From: Acidobacteriota bacterium
GTDB lineage: Bacteria; Acidobacteriota; Thermoanaerobaculia; Multivoradales; J023
Assembly (NCBI GenBank): GCA_038747035.1
Contig: JBCDKB010000002.1
Coordinates: 1-60,626 of the forward strand
Reading direction: 5' to 3'
DNA length: 60,626 nt
In this document: positions 29,213 through 38,293 of the stretch, piece by piece
Layout of the letters: the number at the start of each line of letters is the position of its first letter
Position numbering within the stretch: position 1 is the stretch's first letter
Program-made: the position numbers and the translations under genes
The notes under the pieces: model-generated
Databases searched by the model: none
Told to the model about the DNA's origin: nothing
What the model saw: the letters and a program-made list of their open reading frames with translations, nothing else

Positions 29213-30469
29213 ATGACCACCGCGCCCTTGGATACCGCCTTTGTTCGCCGCCAATTCCCCGGCCTTGAAGCCGGCTGGACGCTCTTCGACAACGCCGGCG
29301 GCTCGGTGCCGCTGCGGGGCGTCATCGACCGGGTGAGCGAGCACCTTTCCCGCTACGCCGTCCAGCTCGGGGCGTCCTATGGACTTTCCGTTGAAGCCGC
29401 CGAGCGGGTCGACGCCGGCCGCCGGGCGATGGCCCAGCTGATCCAGGCCGAGCCGTCGGAGGTCGTGATGAGCGCTTCGACCACGGCGAGCATGAACCGC
29501 CTCGCCCGCGCCCTGGAGCCCCGCATCGCGGCGTCCGACGAGATCGTCGTCACCGACCTCGACCACGATACGAATATCGCCCCGTGGGAGCGCCTCGCCG
29601 AGCGCACCGGCGCCAAGCTCAAAGTGTGGCGACTGCGGCCCGAGTCGATGACCCTCGAGGTCGAGGATCTCGAGGCCCTGCTCACCGACCGGACCCGCCT
29701 CGTGGCGATGACCCACTGCTCCAACCTGGCGGGGGAAGTCACCCCAGTTCGCCGCGCGGCGTCAGCCGCCAAAGCCGCGGGCGCCCTGGTCGTCGTGGAC
29801 GGCGTCGCCTATGCGCCCCACCGCCGGGTCAACGTCGGCGCCCTCGGCTGCGACTTCTACGGCTTCAGCACCTACAAGACCTACGGCCCCCACCTCGGGG
29901 TCCTGTGGGGTCGCCGGGAGCTGCTCGGCGACCTGCCCGGTCAAAACCATCCGTTCGTGCACTCGATGCCGTCCAAACTCGAGCCCGGCGGCACGAATTA
30001 CGAGCTGATGAGCGCCCTGCCGGCGATTCCCCAGTACCTGCTCGACCTGGAGGCGCACCACCGCGGTGACGAAGAGATCGACGGGCCCGACGACGCCGAA
30101 GCCGTGCTCCACCGCCGCCTCGACCGTGCTTTCGAGGCCATCGCCGCCCACGAGGAGGCGCTCGCGGATCGGCTGCTCGACTTCCTCACCGCCCACCCCA
30201 AGGTCACCGTCCGCGGGCCCCGCACCGCCGACCGACACCGGCGGGTGCCGACGATCTCCTTCACCGTCCAAGGCACCCGCAGCCAAGACGTGCCGCCCCA
30301 GCTCGACCGGGAGCGCCTAGCCGTCCGCTGGGGTCATTTCTACGCGCCGCGGGCGGTGCGGGCCCTCGGCCTGCCCGAAGACGACGGCGTCATCCGCGTC
30401 AGCATGGTGCACTACAACACCGTCGATGAGGTCGACCGCTTGGTCGAAGCGCTGGACCGGATTCTTTGA
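29213..30469 (+). CDS. Class-V aminotransferase-fold PLP enzyme (cysteine desulfurase-like / SufS-related)
   Basis: In-frame ATG 29213 (track ORF 28628..30469; the upstream part overlaps the divergent gene). Motifs are FDNAGGS, the THCSN segment, and the PLP-lysine context FSTYKTYGPH. Confidence 0.8.
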   Translation: MTTAPLDTAFVRRQFPGLEAGWTLFDNAGGSVPLRGVIDRVSEHLSRYAVQLGASYGLSVEAAERVDAGRRAMAQLIQAEPSEVVMSASTTASMNRLARALEPRIAASDEIVVTDLDHDTNIAPWERLAERTGAKLKVWRLRPESMTLEVEDLEALLTDRTRLVAMTHCSNLAGEVTPVRRAASAAKAAGALVVVDGVAYAPHRRVNVGALGCDFYGFSTYKTYGPHLGVLWGRRELLGDLPGQNHPFVHSMPSKLEPGGTNYELMSALPAIPQYLLDLEAHHRGDEEIDGPDDAEAVLHRRLDRAFEAIAAHEEALADRLLDFLTAHPKVTVRGPRTADRHRRVPTISFTVQGTRSQDVPPQLDRERLAVRWGHFYAPRAVRALGLPEDDGVIRVSMVHYNTVDEVDRLVEALDRIL

Positions 30470-30511
30470 CCCGGGGGCCGAACCGGGCCTGTCGCTGCCC
30501 GGTCCGCGCCG

Positions 30512-30847
30512 TCACCAGCGCTTGCGGTCGATCCGGGGAAGCTCTTCGGTCGTCTCGGCGTAGATCTGAATGATCTCCTCAACCGGGACGATCTCCCATA
30601 GCTGGCGCTCCCGCTCAAGATTCGCGGCGGTGGCCGCGAAGGCCGCTTCGTCTTCTTCCCGGACGGGTCTAGACTCCGCCAGCAGGGCTCTGATGACGTT
30701 CAACCGCGCGGTGCGCAGTCGCTCAGCCCCGCGGCGGAGCCGGTGTGCGGGTCCTTCGCGACCGATCTCGCCGCGCAGCTCCAGGACACGCTGCCTAAAG
30801 ATGTTCTTCTTTTTCGCGGCTCCGGATCGAGCGATGTAGGCGGTCAC
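30512..30847 (-). CDS. Hypothetical 111-aa helical, charged protein
   Basis: GTG start with a GGGAG RBS 5 nt upstream and G/C-rich third positions. I recognise no family motif. Confidence 0.5.
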   Translation of the reverse strand: MTAYIARSGAAKKKNIFRQRVLELRGEIGREGPAHRLRRGAERLRTARLNVIRALLAESRPVREEDEAAFAATAANLERERQLWEIVPVEEIIQIYAETTEELPRIDRKRW

Positions 30848-30971
30848 GACGGCTCCCTTTCAAGTCGAATCCAACAACGGGCACTCCGCGCGGACGGCGC
30901 GCATGACCACTTCGCGCGGGATCCCGACCCTTCGGTCGCTGTCGCAGCGTCAGGTGCACCATAGATCCATT

Positions 30972-30998
30972 TTGCCTTAGATTCCCAGCGCATATTAT
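30972..30998 (+). promoter_or_regulatory. Candidate sigma70-type promoter for the C-S lyase gene
   Basis: TTGCCT (30972-30977), a 15-nt spacer, then TATTAT (30993-30998), inside a locally AT-richer stretch. The RBS GGGAGGA and ATG 31019 lie just downstream. The spacer is shorter than optimal. Confidence 0.3.
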
Positions 30999-31018
30999 TT
31001 CCGACCGTGGGAGGACCG

Positions 31019-32236
31019 ATGACGACGATGCAAGACATTCCCGATTTCAATCAAGAGATCGACCGTTCCGGGACCAACGCCCTCGCCGTGGAGGGCTACC
31101 AGGGTTACCTCTTCAGGAAGGACCCCGTGCAGATGCGGCATGCGCCGGAAGATCTGATCCACATGTGGGTCGCGGATATGGCGCTGGCGACTCCGCCGGC
31201 GGTGATCGACGCGGTCAAGCGGCGTCTTGAGCATCCACTTTTCGGCTACACCGGTCAGTTTGACGGCGACTACGCCGACGCGTTCTGCGCCTGGACTCAG
31301 GAACGGTATGGGTGGTCCTTCAAACGCTCCGCGCTCCGCATCGCCACCGGCGTGATCCCGGCGCTCTACAGCCTGGTGGAATTGCTCTGTAAGCCGGGCG
31401 AGAAAGTGCTGACTCTGACCCCGGCCTACGGCTACTTCGCCCACGCCGCCCGTGCGAACGATATCGAGCTCGCGACGTGCCCCCTCGCCGAAGGCCCGGA
31501 CGGCTTCCGCGTCGATCCGGAGCGCTTCCGCCAAGCGGCGGCCGACCCGAAAACGACGCTCTTTTTCCTATGCCATCCCCACAACCCCACCGGCCGGCTG
31601 TGGAGCCCCGAAGAGCTCGCTGAGATGGCCGAGATCTGCTTCGAGCATGACGTCTTCATCGTCTCGGACGAGATCCACTGCGATCTTCTGCGCAGCGGCT
31701 TGATCCACACGCCGCTGGCCCGCCTCTTCCCCGAATCCAAGCGCATCGTCACCTGCATGGCGCCGAGCAAGACCTTCAATATGGCCGGATTCCAGATCGC
31801 CAACGTGATCATCCCCGACGCCGACCTCCGGAAGCGCTGGAAGCGCAAGAACCTGCCCTTCTACAACCCCTTGAGCCTCGCCGCGGCCCGCGGCGCCTAC
31901 GCCGACGGCGGGCCGTGGCTCGAGGCGCTCAGGGCTCACCTCGATCAGAACTTCGCCACTCTGCAACGGCGGTTGACGGAGGCCCTGCCGCGGGCCCGCT
32001 TCCGGATCCCCGAGGCGACCTACCTCGCCTGGGTCGACCTCGGAGCCTATTTCGACGATTCCACCAACCTGACGCGCTTCTTCGCCGAGCGCGCCGGGCT
32101 CTTGCTCGAAGGCGGCGACATGTTCGTCGCGGACGGCGGTTTGAACGTCCGACTCAATATCGCATGCCCCCAACAGACCCTCGAGGCGGCGATCCAACGA
32201 CTGGTCGACGCGATCCACCGGGCGCAGAAACCGTAG
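31019..32236 (+). CDS. PatB/MalY-type cystathionine beta-lyase (class I/II aminotransferase fold C-S lyase)
   Basis: Motifs are CHPHNPTGR and the PLP-lysine motif MAPSKTFNMAG. The track start is GTG 31007; ATG 31019 has GGGAGGA upstream. Either start is possible. Confidence 0.8.
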   Translation: MTTMQDIPDFNQEIDRSGTNALAVEGYQGYLFRKDPVQMRHAPEDLIHMWVADMALATPPAVIDAVKRRLEHPLFGYTGQFDGDYADAFCAWTQERYGWSFKRSALRIATGVIPALYSLVELLCKPGEKVLTLTPAYGYFAHAARANDIELATCPLAEGPDGFRVDPERFRQAAADPKTTLFFLCHPHNPTGRLWSPEELAEMAEICFEHDVFIVSDEIHCDLLRSGLIHTPLARLFPESKRIVTCMAPSKTFNMAGFQIANVIIPDADLRKRWKRKNLPFYNPLSLAAARGAYADGGPWLEALRAHLDQNFATLQRRLTEALPRARFRIPEATYLAWVDLGAYFDDSTNLTRFFAERAGLLLEGGDMFVADGGLNVRLNIACPQQTLEAAIQRLVDAIHRAQKP

Positions 32237-32247
32237 GCCCGCGATCG

Positions 32248-32706
32248 ATGCTGAGACTCGGATGCCTCCTGCTGACGGCCTGGACCGCGTTGAATCTCGC
32301 CGCGTCGGCCATGATCCTCATCGATACGCTCTGGCTCGGCGGACACACGCCGGCCCTCCACGCCGTCCTGTCGCCGGAGGCCGTGGCGGCCCTCGAGCCC
32401 CAAGTCCTGCTGACTGTGGATTCGATCGCCGTCTTTGCGAACGGCATGAACGCCGCTTTCTCGATCATCGCGCTGGTGGTGGTGTGGCGGGGCCTCCACC
32501 GAGCTCGGGCCAAGTGGGCCTACTGGGGCCTGCTGGCCGGGTTTACCGCCGCCGTCATCGCGGGCGTCGCCGCGGACTCTGTTGTCGGATGGGCGGCACC
32601 GCAGGTGAACGTGATCTCGGCGGGCATCCTCGCCGCCGGATTCGCCTTCGCTGGCTATGGCCTTTTCGGCGCCAGGGCACCCCTGCAATCGAGACGTAAG
32701 CACTGA
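32248..32706 (+). CDS. Small integral membrane protein (about 4 TM), unknown function
   Basis: In-frame ATG 32248, 11 nt after the lyase stop (track ORF 31915..32706 overlaps the lyase). There are four hydrophobic segments. Confidence 0.5.
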   Translation: MLRLGCLLLTAWTALNLAASAMILIDTLWLGGHTPALHAVLSPEAVAALEPQVLLTVDSIAVFANGMNAAFSIIALVVVWRGLHRARAKWAYWGLLAGFTAAVIAGVAADSVVGWAAPQVNVISAGILAAGFAFAGYGLFGARAPLQSRRKH

Positions 32707-32754
32707 CAAGACCGTGTTGAAGATCGGCCCGGTCACCAAGTCGGACGGTGAAGG

Positions 32755-34857
32755 CTAGCTTGGCTCGCCCCGGAGGATCGCCAGGTCCTCCGGCTCACCG
32801 ATGATCGCCAGCTCGTCGCCGGCGCGCAGCACCTGCTTGCCCTTGGCCGTGATCACTTCTCCGTCCCGCTCGATGAGCGCGACGAGGCAGCTCCCCGGGA
32901 AGTTCACTTCGCGCAGCTCCCGGTCGACGTAGCCGGCGAGGTAGGGGATCTGCTCGATCGGCGCGTGCAGGAAGTGATCGTCGCGCACCAAGATATCCCG
33001 CAGCTCGCGATCCGAATCGGCGGACTGCCAGTCGCGCTGGAAGGCCTCGCTCTGCACCACCTCCGCGAGGTGGCCCGCGAGGCGGAGCGCCAGGCCGGCG
33101 ATGGATTTCGGCGACACCAGGAACATCAGCGTGTGCTCCTGCTCCAGATTCACCGCTTCGTCGTCGTCCCCGCGCAGGCACATGCCTTCGCGACAGCGGA
33201 AAACCGTGAGCTCGGGCTGCTGGATGCCGTCGAGGGTTTGGTACCAGATGCGCACGTGCTCGCTCAGGCTCTGGCCGGCGCTCGAGCGCTCGAAGCCCCT
33301 GCGGATGGTGCCCGGTCCGATCTCCATGCGCGCGGCCAGCGACCCGGCGGCGCGGTCGAGCAGCGAATCAAATCGCGGGGACGCGTCTTTCAAGTCTAGG
33401 AACTCGCTGCGCGTCACCAGCGTTTCGTAGGACAAATTCTCGTCGCGGGTGCGATCATGGATGATCGTCATCAGCTCGCGTTCAAGGCCCTCGTAGCGAT
33501 TGGCGCCGAGGCGGGCGTGCACGTGGAAGATGGCGCCGGCCCGCTGGGTTCGCTTATTGGCGTAGAGGAAGTACCAGACCGCACAGGCGATCACGACGAT
33601 GCCGGTGAACACGATCGCCAGCAGCCCCATCTCGATGATCAGCAGGAAAGAGATCAGCATGCCGGCGATCTGGAGCCACGGATAAAGCGGCGACTTGAAA
33701 CCCGGCTGGTAGGTTTCGATTCGGCTTTCGCGCATGACGATGACGCACAGACTGATCAGGCCGAAGAGCAGGAGCTGGAAGGCACTCGCCAGCTTGGCCA
33801 CCGACTCGACGTCGAGCAGCAGCAGCAGCACCGCCATCGCCACGACGGTCGCCGAAATCGCGGTCGTCGGCGTGCCGAAGCGCCCGATCTTGCTGAAGTG
33901 ATCGGGAAGCAGGTTGTCCTTCGCCATCGCAAACGGGTAGCGCGAGGCCGAGAGGATGCCCGCATTGCCGGTCGACGCGAAGGCGGCGATCGCCGCGACA
34001 ACGATCAAGACGACGCCGAAGTCGTAGGGGATGAAGTCCAGGAATTTGCGTCCGGCGTCGGCCACCGGGGTCAAGCTCCGGTAGAGCTCGTCCGGCGGCA
34101 GGACCGCCAGCATCACCATCAGGCCGAGCGTGTAGATCAGCGTGGCGGTGACCAGCGAGAGCGTCATGCCCAGGGGAATATTGCGGTCGGGATTCTCGAC
34201 CTCTTCCGCCACGCTCGCCACCTTCGTCAAGCCGGCATAGGACACGAAGACCAAGCCGATCGTGGCGATGAAGCCCATCAGGCCCGACTGGAAAAACTCG
34301 CCGTAGGATTCGTCAGGGGTGAAGAGGCTGGAGACCCCGACGACGGCCAAGCCCTGAATAACAAAGGCCGCCAAGATCACCACCAGCGTCGTCACCAGCA
34401 CGCGCTGGAGCAGCGTCGTTTCTTTGGCGCCGAAGATATTGACGAAGCCAAAAACAAAAGTCAGCACGATCGCGAGGGCGGTGATCGGCACGTCGACATA
34501 GATCGCCAGGTACGCCCCCATGCCGACCAAGGCGAAGGCGCTCTTGAAAATCACCGCCACCCACGACCCGAGGCCGCCGACGGTGCCCATCAAGGGACCC
34601 AGGCTGCGGTCGAGGAAATAATAAGAACCGCCCGCCTTCGGCATCGCTGTCGACAGCTCCGCCATGCTGAACATGGACGGCAGGATCAAGAAACCCGCCG
34701 CGAAGTACGCCAGATAAACCGACGGCCCGGTATAGGCCGCCGCGATCCCGGGCAGAAGAAAGAAGCCAGAGCTGAACATAGCCCCGGTCGAAATTGCATA
34801 AACGTCAAAAAGCGTCAGATTTTTCTTGAGCTTCTTGACGGAATTATCTTCGGTCAA
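32755..34857 (-). CDS. APC-superfamily amino-acid permease fused to a cytoplasmic regulatory tail ending in a TrkA-C (RCK_C)-like domain
   Basis: 700-aa ORF with a TTG start. The APC signature region is MAELSTAMPKAGGSYYF, with about 12 hydrophobic helices. The C-terminal region of roughly 260 aa is soluble and ends in SCLVALIERDGEVITAKGKQVLRAGDELAIIGEPEDL. Confidence 0.8.
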   Translation of the reverse strand: MTEDNSVKKLKKNLTLFDVYAISTGAMFSSGFFLLPGIAAAYTGPSVYLAYFAAGFLILPSMFSMAELSTAMPKAGGSYYFLDRSLGPLMGTVGGLGSWVAVIFKSAFALVGMGAYLAIYVDVPITALAIVLTFVFGFVNIFGAKETTLLQRVLVTTLVVILAAFVIQGLAVVGVSSLFTPDESYGEFFQSGLMGFIATIGLVFVSYAGLTKVASVAEEVENPDRNIPLGMTLSLVTATLIYTLGLMVMLAVLPPDELYRSLTPVADAGRKFLDFIPYDFGVVLIVVAAIAAFASTGNAGILSASRYPFAMAKDNLLPDHFSKIGRFGTPTTAISATVVAMAVLLLLLDVESVAKLASAFQLLLFGLISLCVIVMRESRIETYQPGFKSPLYPWLQIAGMLISFLLIIEMGLLAIVFTGIVVIACAVWYFLYANKRTQRAGAIFHVHARLGANRYEGLERELMTIIHDRTRDENLSYETLVTRSEFLDLKDASPRFDSLLDRAAGSLAARMEIGPGTIRRGFERSSAGQSLSEHVRIWYQTLDGIQQPELTVFRCREGMCLRGDDDEAVNLEQEHTLMFLVSPKSIAGLALRLAGHLAEVVQSEAFQRDWQSADSDRELRDILVRDDHFLHAPIEQIPYLAGYVDRELREVNFPGSCLVALIERDGEVITAKGKQVLRAGDELAIIGEPEDLAILRGEPS

Positions 34858-35039
34858 GCCGTCACCTTGGCGTCATGGACAGAGAGCTTCGGAAGCCTGT
34901 TCGCGCCTCAGACGTGGCGGATTCTCCGAACCGCTGACGCTTCCAGGCAAAAACCAATGCGGGCGGATGATGACGAGCCGGTTGGGCTGGGTCAAGCCCG
35001 AGGTCCCCGCCGCCCAGCACGGTCCAATGAAAATACGCT

Positions 35040-35049
35040 GGGGGGGGGG
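35040..35049. repeat. Homopolymeric G10 tract (C10 on minus strand)
   Basis: Read directly: ten consecutive G residues in the intergenic region, about 185 nt upstream of the permease start and about 115 nt downstream of the CHAT gene stop. Confidence 0.9.
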
Positions 35050-35164
35050 CGGGCTAGCCATCAAGTCGGCATCGAGACCCTTGCCCCCGGCCAGGCGCGG
35101 GAGAGCGGATGCTAGATACGGCGCCACGGTGCGCCCAGGTGCAGCCCAATCCTGCCCAAGCCGC

Positions 35165-38100
35165 CTACGGACCGCCCAAGTCGACCGGACGCCAGTCGCC
35201 GAGCAGGTGGAAGCCGGACCAGTAGTAGGGATGGGTCAAGTCCCGGGCCTCACTGGAGTCCCCAGGCCACAGGCGACGGGCCCAGTCGACGAGGCCTGAC
35301 GTCTCGGGCTGGCCGGAGATGAGGCGGCGCTGGGCGAGGGCGAGGGCTTCGGCTTTGTCGGTGCGGGCGAGCTCGCCGTAGAAAGACGTCATCAGGCTGG
35401 CGGTGGCGGCGTCGTCGATGCGCCAAAGGCTGGCGAGGACCGAGCGGGCGCCGGCGCGGAAGAAGGCGCGGGCGAGGCTTTGGGGGCCGACGCCGTCGAT
35501 TTGGCGGCCGAGGCCGGTCTCGCAGCCGGAGAGCGTGACCAGCTCGGCCTCGGTCTTGACGCTTTCGGTGATCTCGAAGGCGTGGAGCCGGCCGTTTTCT
35601 GTCTCGGAAGACGCGAGGGCGAGGTAGGAATCGAGGGGGAAACGGTCGTTGATCCAGCTGTGGGTGGCGAAGTGGAGCACCGTCGCTTCGGCGGCGGCCC
35701 GGCGGGCGGCGGCTTCGGTGGCGGCGGCGCCCAGGTGGATATCGCTGCTGGTGAAGACGCCGGCGGCGGCCTTCGCTTCCCGGCGACTCTCGGGCAGCGG
35801 TCGATCGACGCCGCGCACGGCGGCGACCTCGGCGTCGCCGCCGGGGACGGTCGGGTCCGCGAAGGCGATGAAACGCGCCGGCCTGGCGGGAACGTCGAGG
35901 TTCCTGAGGTAGCCGAGCAGCACGGCCGACGGCGAGTTGACGAGGGTCAGCTCCTCCGCCAGCCAGCGCTCCGAAGGCGTCGTGAATGCGGCGAAGGGCA
36001 CCGGCAGCAGCGGACCGTCGGGGAGCAGAACGACCCGATCCGCGGCGGCCAAAATGTCGGCGTGGGGCTCGATGAGCCCCTCGTAGAGCTCGAGACCGAG
36101 CCGGCGGATGGCGTCGATGTCACCGGTCGGGGACCGCAAGAGCAGACGAAACTGCTCCACGGCTATCGCCAGCTCTTCCCTCGGAATCTCCGCGACCGAC
36201 ACGTCGATCTCGACATCGCCGTCGGCGTCGACGTGGAGAACGAAGACCAGCGTGCGTTCGTCGCCCACGCTGAAGGCCAGGATCGGACTCCCCGGTTCGG
36301 GCGCCCAGAGCTCCGCGGGCGACGGACCGGAGTCCTCGAGGCCGGCGAAATAGACCTCGCGGGCGACCGCCCGTCGGCGGTCGGAGAGCTCGGTGATCGT
36401 GCGCCAGAGATCTTCCGACGCTTCCGCATCGGTCACGCGATCGAGTCGGCCAATGGCCCGCTCGTAGGCCCGGCCAACGCGCCGGCGCTCGGCGTCGAGG
36501 TCGGGGGACGTGGGGCGCGCGGCGGCGTCGCGGCTGGCGAGGGCGGCGATCCACCCGCGGGCCCGCGAGCGTTCGAGTAAGCCGAAGGCCTCCCGGTAGC
36601 GCCCGGCGTGGACTAGGAGGTCCGCGCCGCGGCGGTACCAGTCGACGTAGGAGGCGTGGGCGGCGGCCCGGTCGTCGGCGGTACGCCCGGCGGCCTCCGG
36701 AAGGGAATCGACCACTTTGAGCGCCGCTTCGAGGTATGTCCATTCCCGCTCCCGGTCGCCCCGCGAGCGCTCAACGTCGGCGAGGGCCTTGAGCGAGGAG
36801 GCGTGCCACGGGCTGCTCGGGGCCAGGCGCCGGCGCAGGTCGAGGGCGCGGCGGTGGTGCGTGCGGGCCTCTTCGAATCGGCCGCGGCGCCGCAGAATCT
36901 CGCCGAGGAAGGCCTCGGCGTCCGACGCGTCGATGGTGGCGAACTCCCGCTCCGCCTGGAGCGCCATTGCGGCGCGCGCCACCGCCTCCGCCTCATCGAG
37001 CTCTTCAGCCGCCATCAGCGCCGACGCGAGGGTGCGGGCGCTACGGGCCGTGACGGTGCCCGTCGGCGCCACCCGGCGGTGGATCGCATAGGCCCGCCGG
37101 GCGAGCTCGATGGCTTTCGCGCTGTCACCTCGCATCCAAGCCATGCGGCTGAGGTTGCCCAAGCTCGTCGCCACGTCGACGCCGTCCGGCGCCAGACGCT
37201 GACGGATCTCAAAGGCCTGCCGGTAGCGCAGCTCCGCCTCTTCGAGGTCGCCGCGTTTTTCGATGGCGCCGGCGAGGTTGTTGAGACTCAAGGCCAGCTC
37301 GAGACTGTCCGGCGCCAGCTGCTCGCGAAGCGCCTTCGCCCGCCGAAAATAGTCCTCGGCGCCGACGATATCGCCGCGCCCGAAAGCCCAGGCGCCGTAG
37401 TTGATATACGACTTTGAAAGCAGCAGGGTGCCGGGCTGGTGCGCTTCGAGGATGTTGAGGGAAAGGCGCAGGAATTCGCCCGCCTCGTCGTGGTAGCCGC
37501 GCTCCCGACGCACCAGCCCGAGGTTGTTGGCGCTGCGGCCGACCACCGGAGAGCCGGGCGCCCAGCGCCGGCGAAGATCGAGACTCCGTCGGAGGTGCTT
37601 TTCGGCGGCTTCCAACTCGCCGAGCCAGAACAGCTGGGTCCCCGCGAGGTGCTCGGCGTCCGCCATCGCCAGCGAGTCCGGACGCAGGTTGGCCCAGCCG
37701 TCCCGGGCTTTGGCGTAGAACTCCCGCGCCAGCTCGGCGTCGCCGGCTTCCTCCGCGTCCCAGGCAAGCTCGCGTTCGAGCAGGGGACGCAAGGCCGACG
37801 GCGCGTCGGGCGGAAGACGCGAGTACGCCGGCCGACGCAGGGCCAGGGCCTCGCCATAGGCTCGCTTGGCCCGCAGGCTGAGCGCCCGTCGATCGATCTC
37901 GATCTGCTCGGCGAGGGCCGGCGTCCAGGTGGGGCAGCCCCGCGACGCCGGCGGGTGGCCCATGGCGACCGGGGCCGGGCCGTCGACTTCCAGGGTGTCC
38001 CCGTCGCGCAGGACCCGCCAGCGCCAGCCCTGGAGGCCGTCCGCTTCGAGCGTGAGCAGCTTCCAATCCGCGGGCTGGCGGAGCTCGCCGGAGCGCTCGG

Positions 38101-38293
38101 CGACGGCGCCGTCGGCGGCTTCCGCAACGTTCGAGACCGCCGCTCGCCAGCCGAGCACCACGTCATCGGACGCGAAAAGGCCGGTCGCCACCGCCTCGGC
38201 GCCGACACCGACGCCGCAGCGCCGTTCCGGCTCGGCGAGGGCCTGTGGCCCGAGGGCCGCGACCAGCGCCAGCCAGACACAGAACCGATTCAT
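35165..38293 (-). CDS. Exported TPR-repeat CHAT-domain (caspase-like) protease
   Basis: The start is set at ATG 38293, which overlaps the upstream stop (ATGA). The signal peptide is MNRFCVWLALVAALGPQALA-EPE. Many TPR_12-like repeats follow. The CHAT dyad is His in LHFATHSW (codon 35660-35662) and Cys in LVTLSGCETGLG (codon 35522-35524). Confidence 0.85.
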   Translation of the reverse strand: MNRFCVWLALVAALGPQALAEPERRCGVGVGAEAVATGLFASDDVVLGWRAAVSNVAEAADGAVAERSGELRQPADWKLLTLEADGLQGWRWRVLRDGDTLEVDGPAPVAMGHPPASRGCPTWTPALAEQIEIDRRALSLRAKRAYGEALALRRPAYSRLPPDAPSALRPLLERELAWDAEEAGDAELAREFYAKARDGWANLRPDSLAMADAEHLAGTQLFWLGELEAAEKHLRRSLDLRRRWAPGSPVVGRSANNLGLVRRERGYHDEAGEFLRLSLNILEAHQPGTLLLSKSYINYGAWAFGRGDIVGAEDYFRRAKALREQLAPDSLELALSLNNLAGAIEKRGDLEEAELRYRQAFEIRQRLAPDGVDVATSLGNLSRMAWMRGDSAKAIELARRAYAIHRRVAPTGTVTARSARTLASALMAAEELDEAEAVARAAMALQAEREFATIDASDAEAFLGEILRRRGRFEEARTHHRRALDLRRRLAPSSPWHASSLKALADVERSRGDREREWTYLEAALKVVDSLPEAAGRTADDRAAAHASYVDWYRRGADLLVHAGRYREAFGLLERSRARGWIAALASRDAAARPTSPDLDAERRRVGRAYERAIGRLDRVTDAEASEDLWRTITELSDRRRAVAREVYFAGLEDSGPSPAELWAPEPGSPILAFSVGDERTLVFVLHVDADGDVEIDVSVAEIPREELAIAVEQFRLLLRSPTGDIDAIRRLGLELYEGLIEPHADILAAADRVVLLPDGPLLPVPFAAFTTPSERWLAEELTLVNSPSAVLLGYLRNLDVPARPARFIAFADPTVPGGDAEVAAVRGVDRPLPESRREAKAAAGVFTSSDIHLGAAATEAAARRAAAEATVLHFATHSWINDRFPLDSYLALASSETENGRLHAFEITESVKTEAELVTLSGCETGLGRQIDGVGPQSLARAFFRAGARSVLASLWRIDDAATASLMTSFYGELARTDKAEALALAQRRLISGQPETSGLVDWARRLWPGDSSEARDLTHPYYWSGFHLLGDWRPVDLGGP

